From a virus (lineage: Duplodnaviria; Caudoviricetes): DNA of 25,085 nt. The notes beneath the pieces are model-generated. The model was not told the DNA's origin, made no database searches, and worked only from the letters and a program-made list of their open reading frames with translations. The position numbers and the translations under genes are program-made. The stretch's first letter is position 1, and each line of letters begins with the position of its first letter. Positions 1-10,100 of the stretch are shown in pieces. Location: positions 1 to 25,085 of IMG/VR virus record IMGVR_UViG_3300032233_001000; one strand, 5' to 3'.

Positions 1-3000
1 ATCTAAAGTATCAAAATGATCCATAGTTGTAGCTACTGCAGCGATCCAATCAGAAATAGGACCAAGGCCATCGTAGCTGTACCACTTACCGTCATTAGCG
101 AGGTATGACCTAGGCTTCCATCCGACACTTTCCCTAGTCTTCTGACGCTCTTTATCAAAGACTCCATCACCAGTAAGCCGATCATTCATAAACATGAATC
201 CAGCAGTACTGACTACAATAGTTCCAATGGCTTTACGACCTAGAGCCTCAGCTCTAACCATATCAAATTTAGCCTTAGCATAGGCATCAAACTCGATACC
301 CTTACTAGTTAAAACCTGTCTAATTTCATCTGGAGTGAAAAGGTCAGCAGACTTATAGGATAAATCGTTGTACTCTCTTAAAAAGACAGACACAGGTGAA
401 AATTTATCCACCATAGCAATCATGTTAATTGAAGTACGTGGAAACATCATGAATGGACGTATGACTGGAATCTTTTGAATCAGACTACTGAGAGCCCTTG
501 CTCCTTCCATATCAAGGTTCATAGATATCTCACGACTAGCAAAATCGATTGCCTTGTCTGTAATCATTTCCCCGTTACCAAACATTTGACGATAAATATC
601 ATCCTCAGCTTGCCTCAGTGTTTTACCGTTAAGGTCTTCTCCACCAGAAATAAACCTTTCATACGTCCTAAAGCGTGCTTCAGCGTTTGCAATAACAGCC
701 CTTGTAAACCCATCAGTTGCTGAAAGAGCATTAGTGCCTAAACGTAAAAGTGGATGATTTGCCATATCATCAATATTTTTGGCAAATTCATATAAAATTG
801 AAGGGCCGTCGTTGCCCTCACGTTCCGCAGCATCAGCGTATTCTTTTAAAACTTCCCAGGTTTGATCATTCTTGATTGCTAGGTCATCTCGGATAATGTA
901 ACTGACACTAGTTGGATCTTGAGATGCCTTTCTGAAAACAAGTGACATATGAGCAAGACCTTTCTGGAGGGTATCACCAAATGCAGAGTAGGTAAACCAC
1001 GCTCTCTTTACCGTATCCATATCACCACGCATTGCCGCCCCAGCAATAGCGGTAACTGGTTTGAGAAGAAGTAGCGAAGCGTTTCCCCAGAATGCTTTGG
1101 CAGTAGTTCCAGCAGCAGACAAGGTGGAGTTAAAAATGTTTGCCCATGCACCTTGAATGATAACATTAGGGATGTCAGGTTGGGAATCAATAAAAGCTTT
1201 TCCAACATTAGTTAAACTTTCTGCTGCAAAATTATTTAACTTACTAAGAGTATCTACGTTTCCATCAGTAAGTTCCCATGCAAGTAACAGTGGCTTAAGA
1301 AACTCTGGCCTTTCCTTTGATAATTCCCTAAGTTGGTTTACAGAATTCTTAGTCTTACCAAGAAGCTCTGCCATGTACTGCTTTTTCTGGTTAAGGATAT
1401 TTTTCTCAAGTTCTTTAGCATCTTGACCAAGGTTCTGAATCCTTTTCCAGATATTCATGTTGGCAAGCCCACGACCTCGGAGATATGAGGAAATTCCTCT
1501 TTCAACCATGAGGAATTCCATCATGTCCAAGATCTGCTCTTGAGTTCGTTCAGAAGCATCTGTGCCTTCCATTAAGCGTGAAGCTTCTGCAGTATCGGAA
1601 AGCTGCCCAGCCTTCTGTGTAGAGGCTAGACCGGAAGCCCTTAGGCTCGATTCTGTATAGTCACGGAGAATTTCTTTTGTAAATTTAGTGACAGCTCCAA
1701 CACCACGTTCACCTAGGTAGCGAATTTCATTGCCAAACTCTGTAGTGGATTCAGTTTGGAAGGGAGCAAGCTCTTGCTTCATTTCATCCACACTCATCCG
1801 TGAGTTATACCAACGAGCAGCAAGCTCATCAGTAGACTGCATCAGATCATCGTAGGTAAACTTCTTAGCACCTAGAAGTAAATCAAACTTACCAGCATCA
1901 TTGATCTGCTGCTCAACACCACGAACAATGGCCCGTGATTCAGCATTATCTGCATCTAGACCGTACTTCAGGGCAGGCTCACTGATGAAATTACGAAGGC
2001 GACCAAAGCTCGTACCAGTGTTGGATTGAACCCTTGCAGCGTCACCAATGGCACCAATAGCACCTTCAGGGTCGGTACGACGAATACCAGAAGAAGGTGA
2101 ATCAGGTACATCATGAATACCAACAACAGGTGTGGGAGAGTCAACCATCTCTGGATGCTTTTCCAGGCGATAAGAACCTAATTCATCAAGGGCTTTTTCG
2201 ATATCAATATCAGCAGTCTCTAGTGGGTTTACTCCAGGTTGAATCCTATTAAGCTTTTCAAAGAAAACTTTAGCAGTTTCATCCTTAGGAATCCACTGTT
2301 TGAAGCCACGGGTTGCGTCAGCACCAGCCTTAATAAGTCGTGCAGCACCTTCCGCCAGATCGACTGCCCAACCAAGCCCCACACCCTCTTTAACGTTCTT
2401 TGCTCGATAAACGTCAGGGGAATCCCCGGCGACTGTTGCCCAGTCATCGGAGATCCATCCAAACGTTTTAGGCCATTCCTTTTTGAGGAAGCCCGAGAGG
2501 TTATCGCTGTTTTGATTGACAGAAGCAATGCTGTCAACACCAGCTCCAACCCCTCCAGTTAGCCCAGCTCTAGCAAACCACTTAAAGACCGGATCAGTTC
2601 CAAGCTTTGCTCCTACAGCCTCTTGGGCAGCCACTCCACCACGAAGACCGACTTTACTTAGATACCAAGTGGGAATGATGACAGAAGCAGCTTCTCTAAG
2701 ACTCTGCCAAACCTTACCTTTAAAGGCTGGTGGTTTTTTAGCCTTCTCCATTCCTAACCAAGTAGCCGGACCTTGGTTGTAGGCATCCACAATAAAGTCA
2801 CCAACACCCATAGGTGCTGTTAATAGTGCTTGACCTAAATCGTTTTGAGCGTTAAAAGTCTCACCAACAATAGAGCGATTGAAGCCATCTATAAGTGGGT
2901 TTCCAGAAGATTTAGTCTGTGGAGGTTGCTGTTGTGGTTGCTCCTTTGTTGGATCAGGGGGTGAATCCTGAATTTGTGACTTTGGTGCAGCACTAACGCT

Positions 3001-3111
3001 TGGAGCCAACTCTTCTTCATCTTGTTGAAGTAGTTTCTCCTGCTCAGCAATCCTCCGAAGGATCTCATCTCTGGTTACTGAATTGTAGTCACCAGCGTAA
3101 GAATTTAACAT
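1..3111 (-). CDS. Large internal virion (ejection) protein, T7 gp16-like position; 3' end lies outside the window (>1037 aa)
   Basis: ATG at 3111 (MLNSYAGDYNSVTRDEILRRIAEQ...). The same frame still reads as protein at the edge (...YSYDGLGPISDWIAAVATTMDHFDTLD). Its absence from the ORF track fits having no stop in the window. It follows the gp13/14/15-like genes. Confidence 0.85.
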   Translation of the reverse strand, partial: MLNSYAGDYNSVTRDEILRRIAEQEKLLQQDEEELAPSVSAAPKSQIQDSPPDPTKEQPQQQPPQTKSSGNPLIDGFNRSIVGETFNAQNDLGQALLTAPMGVGDFIVDAYNQGPATWLGMEKAKKPPAFKGKVWQSLREAASVIIPTWYLSKVGLRGGVAAQEAVGAKLGTDPVFKWFARAGLTGGVGAGVDSIASVNQNSDNLSGFLKKEWPKTFGWISDDWATVAGDSPDVYRAKNVKEGVGLGWAVDLAEGAARLIKAGADATRGFKQWIPKDETAKVFFEKLNRIQPGVNPLETADIDIEKALDELGSYRLEKHPEMVDSPTPVVGIHDVPDSPSSGIRRTDPEGAIGAIGDAARVQSNTGTSFGRLRNFISEPALKYGLDADNAESRAIVRGVEQQINDAGKFDLLLGAKKFTYDDLMQSTDELAARWYNSRMSVDEMKQELAPFQTESTTEFGNEIRYLGERGVGAVTKFTKEILRDYTESSLRASGLASTQKAGQLSDTAEASRLMEGTDASERTQEQILDMMEFLMVERGISSYLRGRGLANMNIWKRIQNLGQDAKELEKNILNQKKQYMAELLGKTKNSVNQLRELSKERPEFLKPLLLAWELTDGNVDTLSKLNNFAAESLTNVGKAFIDSQPDIPNVIIQGAWANIFNSTLSAAGTTAKAFWGNASLLLLKPVTAIAGAAMRGDMDTVKRAWFTYSAFGDTLQKGLAHMSLVFRKASQDPTSVSYIIRDDLAIKNDQTWEVLKEYADAAEREGNDGPSILYEFAKNIDDMANHPLLRLGTNALSATDGFTRAVIANAEARFRTYERFISGGEDLNGKTLRQAEDDIYRQMFGNGEMITDKAIDFASREISMNLDMEGARALSSLIQKIPVIRPFMMFPRTSINMIAMVDKFSPVSVFLREYNDLSYKSADLFTPDEIRQVLTSKGIEFDAYAKAKFDMVRAEALGRKAIGTIVVSTAGFMFMNDRLTGDGVFDKERQKTRESVGWKPRSYLANDGKWYSYDGLGPISDWIAAVATTMDHFDTLD

Positions 3112-3132
3112 TTATACCTATAATGCGTTAGT

Positions 3133-6063
3133 TTACTTTGGCAGTAATTTGATTTGAATGGGCGATACTCCTGCACCCGTAGAACCAAAGAGCTGTTTAA
3201 AAGCACCTTCAGTGAGATCAAGTAACCTTTCTCCGGGATTTGATGCAGCCATAACGTCGTTGACTTTAACAACAATGGATTTACCAGTGTCAGGGTTAGT
3301 AACCTTGACCCGACGACCCATATATTTCGCCCTTAATGACGGTTTAACGGCTGCAGTAAGGGCAGTATCGTCAAAGATGTCGCCATTAGCAGTTCTATCG
3401 TTAGGTGCACTTTCTCGGTTGTAGTAAGTAGCTACACCAAAGTCACCACCACCACTTGGTTTCTTCTTAGGTGCTGCATTAACGCCTACTGGCTGTTGAC
3501 CTCTAGCCAACCGACTCCAGGTATTCTGAAGAAGCCATAAATTTGCTTCACGATCGATAGTACGAGTTCCCGGCAAATACGCATCAATTGATACGTGAGG
3601 ACCAGTTGTTGATCCAGTGCGACCTTGAGTTCCAAGATATGTACCTGGAGCAAGCCACATACCTGGCTTAAGATCTATATTAAGATCGTTAAAATGTGCA
3701 ACTAAAAGATCAGTCGTTCTACCATTGGGAAGTGTAGTCCTAATGATAAAATTATTTCCTGAGCTTCTAGGACTAGTGGGCGTCCTTTCAATCCTCCTAG
3801 GATCTCTCCTAATCTCAAGAACTTGCGCTCTATATGGGAAGTAGAAGGGAACGTTTTCTCGATAAGCCCCGTTCCTATCAGGAATAGCAAAGTCTGTACC
3901 ACCCTCACCGGGGTCTTGTGCACTTGTAATAGCAACTCTACCAGTAATAGATCCTGTTCTGGATGAATAGTCTCCAGATTGTGCTCCTAGAGGTGCAGAC
4001 GATGAAGATTGAGGTTCATTAATAACAGGTTGATCAGGTTGCTGAGGAGGGTAACGCTTAATGATCTCTTCAAGAGCTTTCCTCACTCTGGGGGTTGGCG
4101 GAAGTTTAGTCTTAAGTGTATTGATATCAATCGGTTTAAGTCCGTACTTAACCCTTTGAGCATTAATGACTCTAACCTTATTTAAGCCATCGGGATCTGG
4201 TCTCAATCCAGCCAGATAGTCAACACGAGCATTAGAGATGCCAGCAAGTGCTTCAGATCTGGACATGAGGTTTTGTTCTTGACTGACTCTTTGCCAACCA
4301 GAATCAGTACCACCATAATTTCTAATCTTAGAGTTGATATCTCTTTTCCACTGATTTAAGACCCTAGCTTCACTTTGAACACTGGTACCATAATTAGTAA
4401 AAGACCCCTTTTTGAGATCAAAGTAGTATTTACTTCTAGGATCCTTTTGTGCCTGTAAGTATTCATTTTGAACGGAGGTGGATGCTTGTTGAGCTGCTGC
4501 AGATGCTGGAGTTCCAGTGCCAACTAATTCTGCATATCTTGACCTAAATAGAGATTGAAGCTCACCAACAACAGTGCCACCAACAGTCTTACCATTTGGA
4601 CTAGCTTCTACAGCCCTATTAATAACCATATCTCTGATTCCATCGAGATTTGGTTTTATTGCCTTATCAGATATTCCACTAACTGTTTGCTCTTCTAAAG
4701 CTCTTTGCCCAGCGATACGTGCTTTACCAGTTAAAGTTGCCACAAAAGTAGGGGTAAGAGCACCCATACTCTTTAAGTTCTCTATTTGAGCTATTTGTTT
4801 TTCTTCAAGTTTAGCATCCTTAGAAGTTTCATAAAGTGGATCTAAAGCCCTAGCAGAGCCTAAACCATAATTCTCAATAAGAAGACGTTTGGCATCATCC
4901 AGATCAGCATTAGTGTAATCTCGCTTATCTAGGAAGAACTTGACGTATTCTTCAGCAGCCTTCTGACCCTGCCTATTCCTCTCTTCATCACTAATAATTA
5001 ATTTCTCTCTAGCCTTCTGTGCTTGATAATCACGTACATTGTTGTATATTTCTTTCCTACTTAAGACAACAATTTTCCCATTTCCATCCTTAATGGCCAT
5101 CTTCTTGTTTGTCACTGGATCATCAGTGTTTAAGAAAATGGTGTTAACTTCATCCATGGTAGTGGTGTTGTTAATCAGTGCATTTTGGAAATTTTTCCAA
5201 ATCTGCGGGGTAGGAACAAACTGACCTGGGTTGTTAGGATCTTGAGTTGAACTAAGTGTACTAAGATAGTTATTAGCGTTCTTATCCTCTCCAAAGGTAA
5301 TCTCGGCCCGTTCAATAGTACTCTGTGCATTTACTGAAGTCCAAGTATCGTTGGAATTAAGTAAATACTGATCCTCATAAGGACGTACCTTATCATCAAA
5401 GTTTTTTACATAATCGACGGGATCTACACCGTTACTGGCAAGAATACCGTTATCCAATAAAAACCTTTTTTTGTACTCAACCAAAGCAGCTTTTTGCTCT
5501 TCAGGATTAAGTTTTGAAAACTCAGCCCTTTTTTCAGCTAAGCCACCAATGTAATCCCTGGTCTTTTTAACGAGGAACCCACGTAAGTATGCACTTCTCT
5601 GCTTGTAGCTGAGAGAGTTTAAATAGTTTTGGAGCATACCAACTGATGCTGGTGATGCTCCATTTAGCTGTGCCTCTTTACTTAATTGACCAGTTACATT
5701 AGAGACAACTTGATCCTGAGCATTACGTGCTTCATACTGCTTACGAGCTTCGTCTACACCTTCACCACTCAGACCTTTGGCATAATATTCAGCATCAATT
5801 TCTTTGTCCCTACGCTCTTGGTACTTATTAATTGAATCAAAGATCGTTGAAGAAAACTCTTTGAGCCGTGCCAAGTTGTTTTCTTGATTAAGTTGTTCAA
5901 ACTTGCTTTGAACTTCAAGGTTGTTTAAAACACCCCTGTTTTGTAATTGAAGACTTTGCAACAGTGATGCGTTGCTCCTAGCAACCTCATCGGTCAAGTT
6001 AGGAACAGCTTGTGGATTATATGTGCCTGGAGCCTGTCCAGGTAGATTCAATTCAAGAGCCAT
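3133..6063 (-). CDS. Internal virion protein (gp15-like position) with C-terminal M23/LytM-like and RlpA-like DPBB domains
   Basis: 976 aa. Helical N-terminal ~670 aa, then a P/Q/S linker, an M23-like signature (AHFND...LGTQGRTGSTTGPHVSID) and an RlpA-like signature (GVATYY...TANGDIFDDTALTAA...VKVTNPDTGKSIVVKVND...LLDLTEGAF). Confidence 0.85.
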   Translation of the reverse strand: MALELNLPGQAPGTYNPQAVPNLTDEVARSNASLLQSLQLQNRGVLNNLEVQSKFEQLNQENNLARLKEFSSTIFDSINKYQERRDKEIDAEYYAKGLSGEGVDEARKQYEARNAQDQVVSNVTGQLSKEAQLNGASPASVGMLQNYLNSLSYKQRSAYLRGFLVKKTRDYIGGLAEKRAEFSKLNPEEQKAALVEYKKRFLLDNGILASNGVDPVDYVKNFDDKVRPYEDQYLLNSNDTWTSVNAQSTIERAEITFGEDKNANNYLSTLSSTQDPNNPGQFVPTPQIWKNFQNALINNTTTMDEVNTIFLNTDDPVTNKKMAIKDGNGKIVVLSRKEIYNNVRDYQAQKAREKLIISDEERNRQGQKAAEEYVKFFLDKRDYTNADLDDAKRLLIENYGLGSARALDPLYETSKDAKLEEKQIAQIENLKSMGALTPTFVATLTGKARIAGQRALEEQTVSGISDKAIKPNLDGIRDMVINRAVEASPNGKTVGGTVVGELQSLFRSRYAELVGTGTPASAAAQQASTSVQNEYLQAQKDPRSKYYFDLKKGSFTNYGTSVQSEARVLNQWKRDINSKIRNYGGTDSGWQRVSQEQNLMSRSEALAGISNARVDYLAGLRPDPDGLNKVRVINAQRVKYGLKPIDINTLKTKLPPTPRVRKALEEIIKRYPPQQPDQPVINEPQSSSSAPLGAQSGDYSSRTGSITGRVAITSAQDPGEGGTDFAIPDRNGAYRENVPFYFPYRAQVLEIRRDPRRIERTPTSPRSSGNNFIIRTTLPNGRTTDLLVAHFNDLNIDLKPGMWLAPGTYLGTQGRTGSTTGPHVSIDAYLPGTRTIDREANLWLLQNTWSRLARGQQPVGVNAAPKKKPSGGGDFGVATYYNRESAPNDRTANGDIFDDTALTAAVKPSLRAKYMGRRVKVTNPDTGKSIVVKVNDVMAASNPGERLLDLTEGAFKQLFGSTGAGVSPIQIKLLPK

Positions 6064-6072
6064 AGTATTTTA

Positions 6073-6756
6073 TTAGTATTTACCAATACCTAAACCTTTA
6101 AAACCTTCTTTGGCAAGAATATCTGCAGCACCACCAACTGCCCCCTGAAGGCCACCCATAAGACCGGCAGCAAAGACGTTTTGAGTTCCCTGGAGATATG
6201 GTTTAGCCGGAGCAAAGCCAGGATCAGGACGGAATGTAAGGGGAAGCCAAGAGTTCATCTCAGCACGACGACGTTGGATAGTCAGTTGATCGTTGCTACT
6301 TCTGACCTTTTTGTAAGCATTTGCAAGCGACTCTTGGTTGAGAGCCATTTGCTGTCCAGCTTGAGAAGCAGCCATGTTGCTGAGTCGAGTAGTGGAATTA
6401 CCAGCGGCTAAATCAGACGCTGCAATCTTCCCCTGACCTCCAAGAAGCTCAGTTAAAACATTGTTAGATTGAATACCCAAGTTACTGCGGATATCATTCA
6501 GGTATTCTTGATTCTGCCCAATTCCTTGGTAGTACGCCTCTTGGCTCGACCTCAACCCTTGCTCGTATTGAAGTTTCTGAGTGTTGTACTGATTGATCTC
6601 GCCTTGATATCTAGCAAGGCGCTCTGCCATGAGCTGCTTATATTGCTGAATTGCTAATCTGTTTGCAGCATTAATCTGGGAGTTAGTATTCTGTGCTCCA
6701 GTAATTCCACTAAATATCCCTTGAGCTAATCCCGGTAGCAACGGAAGTAATAACAT
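6073..6756 (-). CDS. Internal virion protein (gp14-like)
   Basis: 227 aa, Gln/Ala/Gly-rich and helical with hydrophobic Gly-rich termini. Synteny between the gp13-like and gp15-like genes. Confidence 0.75.
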   Translation of the reverse strand: MLLLPLLPGLAQGIFSGITGAQNTNSQINAANRLAIQQYKQLMAERLARYQGEINQYNTQKLQYEQGLRSSQEAYYQGIGQNQEYLNDIRSNLGIQSNNVLTELLGGQGKIAASDLAAGNSTTRLSNMAASQAGQQMALNQESLANAYKKVRSSNDQLTIQRRRAEMNSWLPLTFRPDPGFAPAKPYLQGTQNVFAAGLMGGLQGAVGGAADILAKEGFKGLGIGKY

Positions 6757-7180
6757 AGTCTAATTCAATGAATTTTAAATTGTTTGGTCCGAAATAAATC
6801 TCTCGTTGCTTCTTGAATCCAAGAAACCTCAGTAACTTGAGATGAGTAGTATTCCTTGCATCACACCTACACCACAAGTACGGTTCAGATCGACCTTCAA
6901 TAAACCGCTTAGCTTCTCTTGCAAATGTCAGTGGGTATTCATGAATACGAGAAGTACACAGCATCCACACTTCACAGTCATCAGTGATTCCAGCGATACC
7001 AGCTAAAGTACCGTCTGGAACAACAAACGTATAACATTTTCCTCTTAAGGAAAGTAGAGGGATGGCGTACTTAGGTTCTACACCATGACCCTCTACACAT
7101 TCTCGATAATCATCTTGCCTTAAATTTGAGGCGACCTGATAAGCTGCCTCCAAGGTAGATAGTGCAACAAAGTCAGACAC
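6710..7180 (-). CDS. gp13-like protein (internal virion protein A family, acetyltransferase-like fold)
   Basis: 156 aa, GTG start overlapping the tail B stop. Motifs NLRQDDYRE, VWMLCT and DARNTTHLKLLRFLGFK are typical of T7 gp13-like proteins. Confidence 0.8.
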   Translation of the reverse strand: MSDFVALSTLEAAYQVASNLRQDDYRECVEGHGVEPKYAIPLLSLRGKCYTFVVPDGTLAGIAGITDDCEVWMLCTSRIHEYPLTFAREAKRFIEGRSEPYLWCRCDARNTTHLKLLRFLGFKKQREIYFGPNNLKFIELDYVITSVATGISSRDI

Positions 7181-10100
7181 GGGTATAATACCGATTATTT
7201 AGATCTCCTTCCCAAGTGACTGAATAAATAGTTGCTGGTGATGGATGGGTTGAAGTAATACTGATTGAAGTATCTGTGTTGCGTGAATAGATGGGTACAG
7301 TCTGAATGTACTTTTCTTTTAATGCAACAGTATCAGCGACGTACTGATCATACAGAGGAACGGCATACTCTTCAGTGTAATCATCATGTCCTAACCTCTG
7401 CAACGTGGTTGCGTAAATTCCCGAATCACCAAAGTTAATTTTGATTCTATGGAGAATCAGCGATGACCTAGTATCAGAGTTAACACCTTGCTGAGTTGGA
7501 GTCTGCTTGTAGATAGTTGGCAGTTTAACTGACATCTCAAAGGTATAACCAACGAGAAGTCTGGTAGTTGTCCAATCACCATCAAGAACTAACTTCAACC
7601 CATTTGAATCATCTGGTAAATACTGAACAGTAGGTTTAGCAGCAAGACCAGCGTACTCACCCTCACTAAGACTGTAAGCGACCAATTCATTTGTACTGTA
7701 ATACCCAAAGGGGACATAAAAGGAGGTTGTATCAGTAACTGAACTATAGGTCATCTGATTGGAATAGATGATCTTAGAGCTATCCAGGTGGACATTGAAA
7801 TTATAGGCATTACTATTTTGAACAAAAGCTGACCACTCTTGAGTTTTTAGATCAAATTTCTGTATAGTAATGATGTCCTTACCAGTGATCGAGTCGATAT
7901 TTTTTAGAACTACATAGTAGCCATCAATCAGCATTGCATGATGAAGAAGAGTACCGGTTAGTTCCCATCTAAACCAAGCACCTTGAACACGACGTTCTCC
8001 ACTTTCAAAATACCTAAACACCCACAACTCATTAGATCCAGTAGTACCGAGAAATAAACTACTGTAATCCTTGGTTGAGATAATTTGATCAATACCATCT
8101 GGGAGAAGAGATGAGATAATCTTGCTTTGCTCGATAATTTCAGCTTCAGCATTTGTTGGGATCTTAGTGATCTCATACATTGCCGTATTCTTACCAGTAT
8201 CGGCTAGAAATGCAATACTTGTTCCAAGGCCAACAGGAGAAGTCCTACTGTTGAACTTGTAATTACTCATAGTAGTAATTCTAGCGGTCTCTGGCCCAAG
8301 AATATCATTGTCAGTGTAGATCAGATACTGCTCTGTGTCTCCAAAAATAACCAGACCGACTTTCGCAGAATACGCTGCCCTCAATGACGCTGGTTTTGTT
8401 GATCCGACTGCAATATCAATAGGGTCAGAGGAAGTTGCTGTAAGAGCGGTTTTAGCAAAGAAATTGAAATAATCTCCAGGGCGAGACATAATGACATTCT
8501 CATCACTAAACAGGACAAACCTGTTCCTAAAGAGCGTCATGCCTTGTATGTATCGACCTACAAAGCTTGGGACTGGGTTTGTGATGTCATCCCCTATAAG
8601 GCGGTCTTCCCACTCCACAGGGCTTACTACGAAGCTACCGTCTGGGGTTCTGACAATCTGATGGGGCATTGTTGCCGAGTTAAGTTTGGTGGAAACTCCC
8701 GGTTGATAGGTTTCTTCCCACACACCCTCACCAGAAACACGAACTGAACCAGTCGTAGTTGCTACGCCGGTTTGATTAATCGTTGTACTGCTATTAAGAT
8801 TAGAACCAGTTTTAACGCTGAATTTAAGATAATAGTCATCTTCTTGTTCACTACTATTGACTACTTTAACTATATAACCATCCTTACATTGTGTTGGCAG
8901 ACGAGTAATATTGTTAAGTTGATCAGTAAAAACATTTAGGAGCTGAGCTTCAGCGGTTGAGATTGTGAACGGTTTTGTGTGAGAAAGGTAAATACCGTTT
9001 CCAATGATTTCAGTAGTAAAGCCTGTCGTAGTACTATCAATTGCAGTCTTAATATCAGTTAAAATGTCGTAAGCCTTAAGTACAGTAGTGGAGGTAGTAG
9101 AAGTGGCTGTAGGTCTAATTAAACCTGCAGAAGCATAAACTTCCGTGATTTTACTTGCGCCTATGACAATCTCGTAAGCCTTACCGTTCATGGTAACTTG
9201 AACTCTATCTCCCTTTTGCCAGCCTTCACCACCAATCTCAAGCGTAGCTTCAGAGATGTACCTACAGTAATATCCTAAAGCTGCATTTTTATAGCTGTTA
9301 GGTATTGACTGGCCAGTGGTAACTAATTCAAATCTAAGGTTTTGTCTAGTTAAAGCTGGAGATGCAGGATTCTTCTTTGTCCAAACACCACCAATTTTTG
9401 CATAACTATGTCCGTCTACAGTTTCAATCCAATCAGCATCAGGATAAACGCTGCCAGTAGATGGATTAACGTCATAAACATTACTACCAACAAATGGACA
9501 GGCTCCATCAGTGGAAGTCCAATCTGTAGTTACAACATTAATGGACTGTGCAGAATAGACTTTAGTAGAGGTTTGACTAGTACTATAATAATTCAGGTTA
9601 AGAGCATATTGTTTCCCGTATGCTATCTGAAGCACTTCAATGAACGCTTCATATGGCCTTGCAGTTAAGTCCGATCTAGACATCGAGACGGGGCCGGGAC
9701 CAACTAAAGAATTCTTGTTTGCTACAAAGGTGAAATCATTGATAGTCAAAACCCTCAGATCATCTGGGTCTTGATGTTTAAAGTACGAAAGGATGCCTGT
9801 TGAAGCAATTTTTTCGTCGTCATAAATACCGCTATAAACAGGTATACTGGTAGCAGTAGTGTATGTATTATCAGACTTCAGTTGGAATGTAATAGTCTCA
9901 TTATCCTCAAATGAAGCATCAGTTGTTGGATTAACAGTAACGAGCTTTTCGGTCTCACCAGCACTAAAGTTAACTACACGATTAACTGCAGTTGGACTTA
10001 CCGTTCCATCACCACTAATTGTATAATCAACGTTAATGGTAGCAGTTCCGCCAACAGTATAATAAACAGTGGTTGCACCAGTAGTTGTACCTAGTCTTTG

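Noticed and set aside
475-2782. Small ORFs on both strands in the first 3 kb
   Set aside because: All lie within the large minus-strand internal virion gene and lack motifs.
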